The notes under the pieces were generated by a model. It was not told the origin of the DNA and made no database searches. It worked only from the letters and a program-made list of their open reading frames with translations. Shown piece by piece: positions 1 to 8,852 of a DNA stretch of 64,000 bases. Numbering within the stretch: position 1 is the stretch's first letter; each line of letters starts with the position of its first letter. Origin of the DNA: a virus; IMG/VR virus record IMGVR_UViG_3300027763_000026; one strand, 5' to 3'. A program made the translations under genes and the position numbers.

Positions 1-1
1 T

Positions 2-433
2 TTTGAAAAAAAATGGCAAAAGCATCCATTCCCATTTACTGGTGTTGAAAAACAAAATCCTCAAAATTGGACTACTGTAGAGAAGAGAACTCAAGGCTGG
101 CTTAACATTCCTCCGCTTGGAATTGCTGTTGAAAGATTATCTGACGCGGTTAAAAGATACAAAGATAAATTACATTTTGTTAATTTTGAAAACCTTACAG
201 AAAATCCAAAAGAAGCCATGGATGGAGTATGGGATTATTTAGAATTAAAAGCTCCAAAGCATGATTTTAATAACGTAGAACAGTACACAACAGAGCATGA
301 AGCTGGTTGGCCATATGGAGATCATACAATTCGCAATAAAGTAGAACCTCTAGAAAAAGATTGGAACAAAGTTCTAGGAAAAGAATTTTCAGAACAAATT
401 AGTCAAAGTTTCAAGTGGATTAATCAATTATAA
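2..433 (+). CDS. Sulfotransferase-family protein, C-terminal part (5' truncated by window)
   Basis: Frame is open from base 2 (FEKKWQKHPF...), upstream of the ATG at 218. HFVNFENLTENPKEAMDGVWDYL...HDFNNVEQ...GDHTIRNKV resembles the C-terminus of P-loop sulfotransferases (F/YEDLxxxP motif). Confidence 0.6.
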   Translation, partial: FEKKWQKHPFPFTGVEKQNPQNWTTVEKRTQGWLNIPPLGIAVERLSDAVKRYKDKLHFVNFENLTENPKEAMDGVWDYLELKAPKHDFNNVEQYTTEHEAGWPYGDHTIRNKVEPLEKDWNKVLGKEFSEQISQSFKWINQL

Positions 434-440
434 AGTGTAA
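434..440 (+). promoter_or_regulatory. AGTGTAA motif (candidate late promoter)
   Basis: AGTGTAA 8 nt upstream of ATG 449; same motif precedes many structural genes. Confidence 0.55.
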
Positions 441-448
441 TTACATTT

Positions 449-673
449 ATGGATCCAATTAACCTACAAAAAGTAGATCAAGCACCAACGCCAAATTCCT
501 TGGAAATGGCTCGTAGTAGAATCACCAACGAACAACTTCAAAACTTTATTACTCTTTTAAGTTCTGTTGATTTGAATTTACCAGAAGGCAAGCAAGTATC
601 AGATATCAGAGCATTCAATATAAGAGTTGCGCCAAATAATAATGGCGGAATGATTAACGTAGTTTTTAAATAG
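449..673 (+). CDS. Hypothetical protein, 74 aa
   Basis: ORF fills the gap after the sulfotransferase and is preceded by the AGTGTAA motif; no family recognised. Confidence 0.65.
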   Translation: MDPINLQKVDQAPTPNSLEMARSRITNEQLQNFITLLSSVDLNLPEGKQVSDIRAFNIRVAPNNNGGMINVVFK

Positions 674-685
674 AACCTTGGGCAA

Positions 686-716
686 AGAGTAGAGTACTTA
701 TTGTAAGCTCAACTCT
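686..716. terminator. Imperfect hairpin between convergent genes (possible bidirectional terminator)
   Basis: agagt-a-gag-ta-ctta-ttg-taag-ctc-a-actct pairs imperfectly; lies between stops at 673 (+) and 724 (-). Confidence 0.3.
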
Positions 717-723
717 ATAATTT

Positions 724-798
724 TTACTTAACTCTCTCTACTAAATAATATATATAAACCAACACAGCTAAACAAATTAAAGTAGTAGAAATGGTCAT
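724..798 (-). CDS. Small single-pass membrane peptide (24 aa), not in ORF track
   Basis: MTISTTLICLAVLVYIYYLVERVK*: hydrophobic stretch then charged tail. ATG is 8 nt after the GT11 stop, with GGGA upstream. Confidence 0.45.
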   Translation of the reverse strand: MTISTTLICLAVLVYIYYLVERVK

Positions 799-806
799 AA
801 TCCCAA

Positions 807-1763
807 CTACTCTTTAAAGACTATATCTTTACAATCATACATCCAATGGGGTTGATTGCCTTCAACAAAATCAACTTCAATTTCTTCTATAGCATCTACG
901 CCATAAATTATTTGCTTGTCTATTACTGGGCTGTAAATTTTTGCAACTGGAGATAAGCAAGCCGCCCACCAACTAAAAGATGAATTAGCGCGAAATATAC
1001 TTCTTGCAAAATATAATTTTAAGAAGTCGTCAAGCCAATCAAATCCTATTTTGTCTAAGAAATCAGATCCTTTTGGATAACTCCATCCAGCCCTTATAGC
1101 TTTTGGTCGATCTTTATGCCAAGTGCCAACATAATCATCAGAAACCCATTCAATTTTTTCTGGATCAAAATCAAACTTTTCGAAAGCCCTGGAATATGAA
1201 TCTTTTGAAACAACAGAATAACCTTGATGGTTCTTCTTATTATAAGCAGGGTTAGAGATATCATCCCTTCTCAAATGAGCAATGTCATAAGTTCCCTGCC
1301 GATCTTCATTTCTTTTATACACATCTAAAGATTTTATTTCGTCACTAAACTCAAATACATTTTTTATTTCTTTTAATGACATTGGGTAAAATATTTTTGG
1401 ATTGTAAGCGCAAACGTTATCAACAAACATATGGTCTGAAAGAACTTTATATGGCTCATCTTTAGGCTCTCTGTCATCGCTTTTTATTCTTTCCATTTTT
1501 GAAGAGAATTTTTTTAATGCATAAGTTCTAAAATGAATATTATCTAAAACTTTTTGAGTTTGATTTAATTCTAATCTTAAAAGATCGTCTTCTATTATTT
1601 TATGATATTGGTTTTTAAATAATTTAGTTCCTTCCCAATCGCTAGGCAAGTAAAACTCATGCCCATTTATTTTTTGGTAATAATAGCCATATATATATTG
1701 GTGGATTCTATTGCCAAATCTTCCATTCCAATGGCATAAAAGAAGGATCTTTTTATCGAGCAT
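807..1763 (-). CDS. GT11-like (alpha-1,2-fucosyltransferase family) glycosyltransferase
   Basis: GRFGNRIHQY (cf. GGLGNQMFQY), AHLRRDD (cf. HVRRGD), ANSSFSWWAA (cf. NSTFSWW). Confidence 0.8.
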   Translation of the reverse strand: MLDKKILLLCHWNGRFGNRIHQYIYGYYYQKINGHEFYLPSDWEGTKLFKNQYHKIIEDDLLRLELNQTQKVLDNIHFRTYALKKFSSKMERIKSDDREPKDEPYKVLSDHMFVDNVCAYNPKIFYPMSLKEIKNVFEFSDEIKSLDVYKRNEDRQGTYDIAHLRRDDISNPAYNKKNHQGYSVVSKDSYSRAFEKFDFDPEKIEWVSDDYVGTWHKDRPKAIRAGWSYPKGSDFLDKIGFDWLDDFLKLYFARSIFRANSSFSWWAACLSPVAKIYSPVIDKQIIYGVDAIEEIEVDFVEGNQPHWMYDCKDIVFKE

Positions 1764-1808
1764 TATAAATTATATTATATAAAAATGTAAATATCAATAA
1801 AAATTAAA

Positions 1809-3287
1809 TTACCAAGGATAAAAAGACGCAGACTCTCCAACAGTGCACCCGCCATTAGCTATTTTAAATCTATTAAAATCTAATGAATATTGAACTTGCC
1901 AAGGGCCAACATTTGGATAGATTAAAGGACCATTTGCTCCATTTTGCCCACCTTGACCTTCAAAGTTGGTATAAAAAGCAGTATCAGGGTCAAGTCCAAT
2001 ATCATACGTTGGGTAAATGCCATTGCAACTACCAGCTTCTCGAAGTCCGTCTCCAGCGGAGATCTTTAATCCTCCTGCAGGAGTAGACTGCCAAATGGTA
2101 TTTATATGCCAATTATTAAGTGGTGGCATGGTATTAAAAAACGAAGGGTCACACGGATAAAGTGGGTCGTTACCGAATCCAGCAGCTTTGCATCCTAGCC
2201 TAGGAAACGTATGAGGAGCTGGATAAGCTGCTGACCAAGCGTAATTGTTGACGGATCCCGCGATGTTAGAATTGCAAAAACCGAATGATGCTGTGGCAGA
2301 AAACAATAATTCATTTGGGCAACTTAAAGTACATTGAGTACCTCCCATTTTTACATTCATTTTATATGTTGATACTCCAGTTAGAGCCCCACTCCAAGGC
2401 ACATCAATTAATAAATTATTCACTCTAGCAACATTAGTTTCAGTATAGTCTTTATATATAGCAACAAAAGCGCCCACAAAAGCTTTGCCAAATGGATGTA
2501 CGGGATGAGAATATTTATTAATATGACATTGGGTTCCTATAATTCCAGCTGTTCCACCTGCACCAGGCCATTCAGGTAATAAAATTCCAGCTTGCTCTTC
2601 ATTAGGAGCATATGAGCTATTAAATCTTGGATCAAACATTAGAATGTCTAAGGATTGAATTCCTCCCAATATAGGAGGATTAGAAGCAGCTTCAGCAGAA
2701 GTACCCCTCGCTTGAGTGAGTGCATCTTTAAAATACTGAGGAAGCAAAGATAAAGTTTGCCCACCTAAGCAGCCACAGTTTGTATTTGTCGGATTCCACC
2801 ATTGAGACCAGTTGCTATATGTTTTAGCAATTCTATTTCCCATGTCTAGACTTAATCCTACAGCAAAATTCTCATTTTTCTTTGATTCTGGGGCAGCTTC
2901 TCTATTGAGACAAGATCTCGCCCAAGGACTGTCTATAATAATGACAGCGTGCTTGTCTTTATAAGGAGGGCAAATATTAGAACCTCGCGTCAAATTATAT
3001 AAAACGTTACTAAAAATTGTATCATTAGATGGAAATTGTAAAAAACTGTTACTAGATCCATCGAGAGTATTAGCCGTGCTAAATTTAGTTCGCTTGTTTG
3101 CAAATGTGTTGCCTATCACCCACCTATATTCGTTAGCGCTATAGCACTTATTAAAATCCATATCATATGGATAAGCAAACACCCAAAATAATAATGGTAT
3201 TCCATCTCCCCAATAAGTGACATAATTCCAATCAAAATTTATTAAATCTCCATTATTATTAAGGTCTTTAGGAAAAAAATTAGCCAT
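1809..3287 (-). CDS. Hypothetical Gly/Pro/Cys/Trp-rich protein, 492 aa
   Basis: Long uninterrupted ORF; no family recognised. Confidence 0.75.
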   Translation of the reverse strand: MANFFPKDLNNNGDLINFDWNYVTYWGDGIPLLFWVFAYPYDMDFNKCYSANEYRWVIGNTFANKRTKFSTANTLDGSSNSFLQFPSNDTIFSNVLYNLTRGSNICPPYKDKHAVIIIDSPWARSCLNREAAPESKKNENFAVGLSLDMGNRIAKTYSNWSQWWNPTNTNCGCLGGQTLSLLPQYFKDALTQARGTSAEAASNPPILGGIQSLDILMFDPRFNSSYAPNEEQAGILLPEWPGAGGTAGIIGTQCHINKYSHPVHPFGKAFVGAFVAIYKDYTETNVARVNNLLIDVPWSGALTGVSTYKMNVKMGGTQCTLSCPNELLFSATASFGFCNSNIAGSVNNYAWSAAYPAPHTFPRLGCKAAGFGNDPLYPCDPSFFNTMPPLNNWHINTIWQSTPAGGLKISAGDGLREAGSCNGIYPTYDIGLDPDTAFYTNFEGQGGQNGANGPLIYPNVGPWQVQYSLDFNRFKIANGGCTVGESASFYPW

Positions 3288-3313
3288 TATATATTATATA
3301 TTATTAGTTCCAT

Positions 3314-3340
3314 TAGTTATAATATAACTAGTGTTACACT
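3314..3340. promoter_or_regulatory. Two adjacent palindromes at the divergent junction
   Basis: TAGTTATA-A-TATAACTA (3314-3330) then AGTGT-T-ACACT (3330-3340). The second gives AGTGTAA on the minus strand. TATAAT at 3318-3323. Confidence 0.45.
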
Positions 3341-4068
3341 ATAAAATATCTTCATTTTGCTCGTTCTTTAAATCCGAAAAATATATAAAAGGATATATAG
3401 ACGACGTACTAAGTCAATCAATATTTAAAGATATTGAATTTATATTTTTAAATTGTAATTCTCCAGAAAATGAAGAGCAATATATATTACCTTTAACTAA
3501 AAAATTCAAGAATATTAAATACTATAAATTAGAGAAAGACCCAGGGTTATTCCAATGTTGGAATTATGCCATAAAAAATCTATGTTCAGCAAATTTAATA
3601 AGTAATTGGAATTCAGATGATAGGAAATCGAGCAATAGTTTTGAGATTCTATACAAAGAATTTGAAAGGAATCCAGATTTAGATGTGGTTTATGGTCAAA
3701 CTTATATTTCTAATATATTAAATGAAAAATATATAGACAACGACTTCAATCAAATTTATCCTTGCCTACCTCATTCTTTTGATAATTTAATTAAAAATAA
3801 TTCACCGCATTGTATGCCTCTTTGGAAAAAATCTTTGCACGATAAATTTGGTTATTTTGATGAAAAATATCCAGTCGCAGCAGATGGAGATATGTGGTTA
3901 AAAGCTTGCGTAGGGGGAGCAAAAATTAAAATGGTAAATCATCCAATCGGTTTATACTATATGAACCCAGAGGGAAATTCTACCAAACAAAATAAATTAA
4001 AAGAGGCAATAAATGAAGTTCACGAAATGAGACGAAAATATTTGATATATAAAGGATATATTAATTAA
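3331..4068 (+). CDS. GT2 family glycosyltransferase
   Basis: GT-A N-terminus (FKSEKYIKGYIDDVLSQ...IEFIFLNCNS), GLFQCWNYAIK, NSDD (DxD-like), FGYFDEKYPVAADGDMWLK. Confidence 0.85.
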   Translation: MLHYKISSFCSFFKSEKYIKGYIDDVLSQSIFKDIEFIFLNCNSPENEEQYILPLTKKFKNIKYYKLEKDPGLFQCWNYAIKNLCSANLISNWNSDDRKSSNSFEILYKEFERNPDLDVVYGQTYISNILNEKYIDNDFNQIYPCLPHSFDNLIKNNSPHCMPLWKKSLHDKFGYFDEKYPVAADGDMWLKACVGGAKIKMVNHPIGLYYMNPEGNSTKQNKLKEAINEVHEMRRKYLIYKGYIN

Positions 4069-4739
4069 TGAATATTATATCTTTTTCTCTTTGGGGGGAT
4101 GATCCGAAATACAATATAGGAGCAGTAAAAAATTGTCAACTCGCAGAAATATATTATCCAGATTGGATTTGTAGATTTTATATAGCAGAAAACACCCCTA
4201 AAGAAACTATAAATACATTAAAGTCCAAACAAAACGCAGAAGTTATAGAAACGAAAGATTTTGGTAATTGGAAATCTACGATAAAGCGCTTCTTTCCTTT
4301 TTCTGAAGAAAATGTTAATTTATTTATAAGTAGAGACTGTGATTCGAGAATCTCGTCAAGAGAAGCCGCAGCAGTAAATGCATGGATGAATTCTGATAAA
4401 AAATTTCATATTATGAAAGACCATCCATATCATGGTAGTTTTCCAATTTTAGCTGGGATGTTTGGGGCTAAAAAAGGAATTATAAATAATATAAATGAAT
4501 TAATAGATGAATACCAAAAAGCAAATTTAAATGAGCAATATCATTTTGATCAAATATTTCTTTTAAAATATATATGGCCAAAAATCAAGGATGACTCAAT
4601 TATTCATGATGAGTTTTTTAATAAAAAACCATTTCCTACGATGAGATTAAATAATCAATTTGTTGGTGCAATTTTTGATGAGAACGACAACCAAGACCCA
4701 GTAGGTAAACAAGCACTAATTGAGCATCTAAACAAATGA
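4068..4739 (+). CDS. Putative glycosyltransferase-like protein (IISFSLWG family)
   Basis: IISFSLWG start, SRDCDSR DxD motif, FHIMKDHPYH, DQIFL; sits in the glycan cluster. Confidence 0.6.
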   Translation: MNIISFSLWGDDPKYNIGAVKNCQLAEIYYPDWICRFYIAENTPKETINTLKSKQNAEVIETKDFGNWKSTIKRFFPFSEENVNLFISRDCDSRISSREAAAVNAWMNSDKKFHIMKDHPYHGSFPILAGMFGAKKGIINNINELIDEYQKANLNEQYHFDQIFLLKYIWPKIKDDSIIHDEFFNKKPFPTMRLNNQFVGAIFDENDNQDPVGKQALIEHLNK

Positions 4740-6286
4740 ACACTTACTTAACTCTTTTTTACACGTCTCAAGATAAAGATTATCAAAAGAACCTAAATAA
4801 ACATCTTAATAATTATAAAAACTTAGGCTTTAAAGATATTTTTCTGTATACAGAAGAGTGCATCCCCAAAGATTTTGAATGGTTATATAAAGACTTTTTT
4901 CAAAAACATAGAAGAGGGTATGGATATTGGGCATGGAAATCATTAGCTATATATGATGGTATGAAAAAAATTAATGACGGAGATATGATTTTATATCATG
5001 ACGTAGGAAGAAGTTGCTATCCATTTGAGATAAGATATGATATAAACGACTTAGCTAAATATGTTAAAGATAATCATGACGGGATAGGCGTTGCTGTTGG
5101 GGGATTTTTACATAAAAGATTTTGCAAAAGAGACGCGTTTCATTATATGAAATGTGATGAAGAAAAATGCTGGAATTCGAATCAATTAGGCGCAACATGG
5201 AGTTTGTGGGAAAAAGCTGAATTACCTAAAAGATTAATAATGGATTGGATAAAATGGTCTTTTCACGAAAAAGAAATAATTACAGATCTTCCAAATAAAT
5301 GTGGATTACCGAATTTTCCAGAATTCGAAGATCATCGACATGATCAAGCTTTATTAACAAATCTTATCTATTTATATGGGAAAGACAATCCTAAAATTAA
5401 GCCTCTAAGCGCAAATGCTTGGGAAAAAGACATCAATCATTTTATTAAAAAATATAGCTCTGAATTAAAACTTATAATTCCAGAACCAATTATAAATAAT
5501 AATAAACATTGCACTCGAAAAATCATAGAAAAACCCAAGTTTACTACTAAAATTAGAAATGATACGACTGTAGTAACTAGCCATTTTAGTGAAGATTTAA
5601 AATGGTTAGCAGATAAAAGCCATATGTTTAATATCGTTTTATGTGACAAAAAAGGCTCCAATCAAATTCCTGATGAAATCATATCTAAATTTGATTGTGA
5701 TTCTTGTCCAACCATGGAAAATAAAGGAAGCGAAGGTTTGGCTTATTTAAATTATATAATTAAGAATTACGAGAATCTATCAGAAAGAACAGCATTTATA
5801 CATGGGCATGACACTGCTTGGCATTATAAAAATCCTTTATCAACTGCAGAGGCTATACTAGTTGCAAGAACAGATAAATATGGATATATATCTTTAAATA
5901 TAAAGCATCATCCTGGAGAAGACTATTCATTAGATAGAAATTATCAAATAGAAAGAACAGCGGGTTGGATTAAAAAATATTGGCAAGAATACTTCTATCC
6001 ATATTTAGGAGAAATTCCACAAAAATTTTCGCATGATTGCTGCGCGCAATTCGTAGTAAGAAAAGACAGGATTTTAAAACATCCAAAAGAGGCATATCAA
6101 AAATGGGCTAATTTATATTATGTAGTAGAAAAAGAAATGATCGAACCTAATAGGGGAAATTATAAAGATAAACACTCTCCACTTAATTATTTATTTGAAT
6201 TTATTTGGCATATAATTTTTGGTGAACCTGCGGTTGTTCCAGAAAATCAGAGAGATTTAAGTTATTTTAAAGAAAGGTTTTTATGA
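4736..6286 (+). CDS. Fusion: GT-like domain (GYWAWK...HRHDQ) + DUF3431-like domain
   Basis: N-half RGYGYWAWK, ILYHDVG, DHRHDQALL. C-half VVTSHFSEDLKWL, NKGSEGLAYLNYII.NYENL...AFIHGH, CCAQFVVRKDRILKHP (DUF3431-like). Confidence 0.65.
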   Translation: MNTYLTLFYTSQDKDYQKNLNKHLNNYKNLGFKDIFLYTEECIPKDFEWLYKDFFQKHRRGYGYWAWKSLAIYDGMKKINDGDMILYHDVGRSCYPFEIRYDINDLAKYVKDNHDGIGVAVGGFLHKRFCKRDAFHYMKCDEEKCWNSNQLGATWSLWEKAELPKRLIMDWIKWSFHEKEIITDLPNKCGLPNFPEFEDHRHDQALLTNLIYLYGKDNPKIKPLSANAWEKDINHFIKKYSSELKLIIPEPIINNNKHCTRKIIEKPKFTTKIRNDTTVVTSHFSEDLKWLADKSHMFNIVLCDKKGSNQIPDEIISKFDCDSCPTMENKGSEGLAYLNYIIKNYENLSERTAFIHGHDTAWHYKNPLSTAEAILVARTDKYGYISLNIKHHPGEDYSLDRNYQIERTAGWIKKYWQEYFYPYLGEIPQKFSHDCCAQFVVRKDRILKHPKEAYQKWANLYYVVEKEMIEPNRGNYKDKHSPLNYLFEFIWHIIFGEPAVVPENQRDLSYFKERFL

Positions 6287-7851
6287 AATTAATATCTTAT
6301 AGAAAAAATATTTATAGTCAAAATGGAGAAGATGGCATCATAGAGGAAATATTAAATAGGTTAAATATAAAAGAAGGCTCATTTGTCGAGTTCGGTGCGT
6401 TGGACGGAGTTACCTTTAGCAATACATATAATTTATTAAAAAATAAAAACTGGCAAGGCTTTTATATAGAAAGCGACAAGAAGAATTATTTTCATTTAGA
6501 AAAGCTTAAAGAAATATACAAAGAAAAATTAATAATACTCAATGAAAAAGTCGAAGTCGAAGGAGAATCTAGCCTAGATAAGCTTATAAAAAAGCATACA
6601 AATTTTTCAAAACAATTTGATCTATTAAGTATAGATATAGATTCATTTGACTATCAAATTTTTGAAAGTCTTCAAGAATATGAACCCACTATTATAATAA
6701 TAGAAATTGAAAGTACAATTCATCCACCAAAAGAACAAATTCATGATGGAATAAAAAATTTTAGAACTAGCTTTAGCAGTATGGTTAAATTAGGTCAAAC
6801 TAAAGGATATACTGCGGTTTGCCACACTGGTAATATAATTTTTGTTAGAAATGATAAATGCAATCAAATAAAATTAGAAGAAGAATATATACAAAATCCT
6901 AGCAAACTATTTTTATCTAAAGGGTGGTATTTCCAAAATCCAGGGCTAGTTCAGACTATTTCTTGGAAAGAAGAATTCAAAAAAAGCGTCTTTTATTTTA
7001 ACATAGAAAATAATTTAGATTTTTATAAAAAAGAAAATTTTCAAAATCAATTATCAATATGTAAATTTTTTGATAATTATAAAAATAACGAGAAATTTAA
7101 TCTTCATTTTTATTGGCAAGATTATGGAACTCCATTTAATGAAAAACATGCATTATCTATCAAAAGCGCTATAGCTACTCAAAATTTAAATAATTGTAAA
7201 ATTATACTTTGGTCAAATAGGGATTTATCAGAAAACGAATACCTTAAACCTTTGTTGCCATTTATACAACATAAAATTTGGGACATGGAAAAACATTTAA
7301 AAGACTTTGGATTAGAAAAATTAATAGAACTATTAAAATCAGATAGAGGATATGTTACTGGGGATATATTTAGAATTTTATGCTTAGGACTATACGGAGG
7401 GATTTATTGTGATTTAGATATTATTTTATTAAAAGATCTTTCTCCACTTTTAAAATATGAATTTACATATTTCTGGCCATTAATAAACTCGCAAAACGGT
7501 TCAATCATGAGAATTGATTATCAAAGTGATTTTTTTAAAAATTTAATTAAAACAATCAAAAATACAGAAAAAATTAATCCTAATTCGTTTAATCTAGGAG
7601 AGGTGCTTTATAGAAAAACTAGAGAAAATTTTAAAAAATACTCTATTTTTCCTACAAGTTGGTTTGATGGAGACTGGTTGAATATAGATTTTAAAGATAA
7701 TTTTAAATCTAATAAAAAGCAATTATTTTATGATGACGCTTTCGCTTGGCATTGGCACAACCATTGGAATGAGCCAATAGAGAAAGATAGTAAATTTTAC
7801 ATATATAAAAATAAAATAAATAAAATATTATTAAATTTCAATATATATTAA
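6283..7851 (+). CDS. Fusion: FkbM-like methyltransferase + GT32 (DxD) glycosyltransferase
   Basis: YSQNGEDGII, FVEFGALDG, LLSIDIDSFDY (FkbM-like SAM MTase); GDIFRILCLGLYGGIYCDLD (GT32 signature). Confidence 0.75.
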   Translation: MKLISYRKNIYSQNGEDGIIEEILNRLNIKEGSFVEFGALDGVTFSNTYNLLKNKNWQGFYIESDKKNYFHLEKLKEIYKEKLIILNEKVEVEGESSLDKLIKKHTNFSKQFDLLSIDIDSFDYQIFESLQEYEPTIIIIEIESTIHPPKEQIHDGIKNFRTSFSSMVKLGQTKGYTAVCHTGNIIFVRNDKCNQIKLEEEYIQNPSKLFLSKGWYFQNPGLVQTISWKEEFKKSVFYFNIENNLDFYKKENFQNQLSICKFFDNYKNNEKFNLHFYWQDYGTPFNEKHALSIKSAIATQNLNNCKIILWSNRDLSENEYLKPLLPFIQHKIWDMEKHLKDFGLEKLIELLKSDRGYVTGDIFRILCLGLYGGIYCDLDIILLKDLSPLLKYEFTYFWPLINSQNGSIMRIDYQSDFFKNLIKTIKNTEKINPNSFNLGEVLYRKTRENFKKYSIFPTSWFDGDWLNIDFKDNFKSNKKQLFYDDAFAWHWHNHWNEPIEKDSKFYIYKNKINKILLNFNIY

Positions 7852-7862
7852 TATAATTCATT

Positions 7863-8852
7863 ATGAACATTAAAAAATTAGCTGTTGTTTGTGGTGCGGG
7901 TGGCTTTATTGGCTCTCATTTAGTTAAAAAATTAAAAAGCGAAGGGTTTTGGGTTAGAGGAGTAGATCTAAAATACCCTCAATATTCATCAACAGAAGCG
8001 GATGATTTTCTTGTTGGAGATTTAACTTGTCCAATTTTTGCTCATAGAGCAATACCAGATGATGTAGACGAATTATACCAATTAGCCGCAGATATGGGTG
8101 GCGCAGGATATATTTTTACAGGAGAAAATGATGCAAATGTAATGCATAATTCAGCGCTAATCAATCTTAATATAGCTCATATCGCAGTTTCAAAAAGAAC
8201 AAAAAATTTATTCTATAGTTCTTCTGCTTGTGTTTATCCAGAATATAATCAATTAGACCCAAATAATCCAAAATGCTCAGAAGAATCAGCTTATCCAGCT
8301 GCACCAGATAGCGAATATGGATGGGAAAAGCTCTTTAGCGAAAGGCTCTTTTTGGCTTATAAAAGAAACCATAAATTAAATGTCCATGTCGCAAGATATC
8401 ATAATATTTTTGGTCCAGAAGGCACATATAAAGGTGGAAAAGAAAAATCTCCAGCTGCACTTTGCAGAAAAGTAATAGAGGCTCCAGATGGTGGAGAAAT
8501 TGAAATTTGGGGTGATGGCCAACAAACTAGATCATTTTTATATATAGATGAATGCGTAGAAGGCACAATTAAATTAATGAGATCAGATTTCGAAGGGCCA
8601 TTTAATATAGGATCAGAAGAAATGATATCAATTAATGATTTTGCAAAAATGATCATTGAATTGAGTGGCAAAAAATTAAGCATCAAGAATATATCAGGGC
8701 CACTAGGCGTAAGGGGCAGAAAATCAGATAACAAACTAATAAGAGAAAAACTCTTTTGGGCCCCTTCTCAACATCTAAAAGATGGAATACAAAAAACATA
8801 TAATTGGATTAAGAGCCAAATAGAGGATAAACAAATTGAGCCAAAATCTTAA
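7863..8852 (+). CDS. GDP-mannose 3,5-epimerase-like NAD-dependent epimerase
   Basis: GAGGFIGSHL, LAADMGGAGYI, YSSSACVYPE, AYPAAPDSEYGWEKL, RYHNIFGPEGTY.GGKEKSPAALCRK, GVRGRKSDN: the GME-specific motif set. Confidence 0.9.
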   Translation: MNIKKLAVVCGAGGFIGSHLVKKLKSEGFWVRGVDLKYPQYSSTEADDFLVGDLTCPIFAHRAIPDDVDELYQLAADMGGAGYIFTGENDANVMHNSALINLNIAHIAVSKRTKNLFYSSSACVYPEYNQLDPNNPKCSEESAYPAAPDSEYGWEKLFSERLFLAYKRNHKLNVHVARYHNIFGPEGTYKGGKEKSPAALCRKVIEAPDGGEIEIWGDGQQTRSFLYIDECVEGTIKLMRSDFEGPFNIGSEEMISINDFAKMIIELSGKKLSIKNISGPLGVRGRKSDNKLIREKLFWAPSQHLKDGIQKTYNWIKSQIEDKQIEPKS

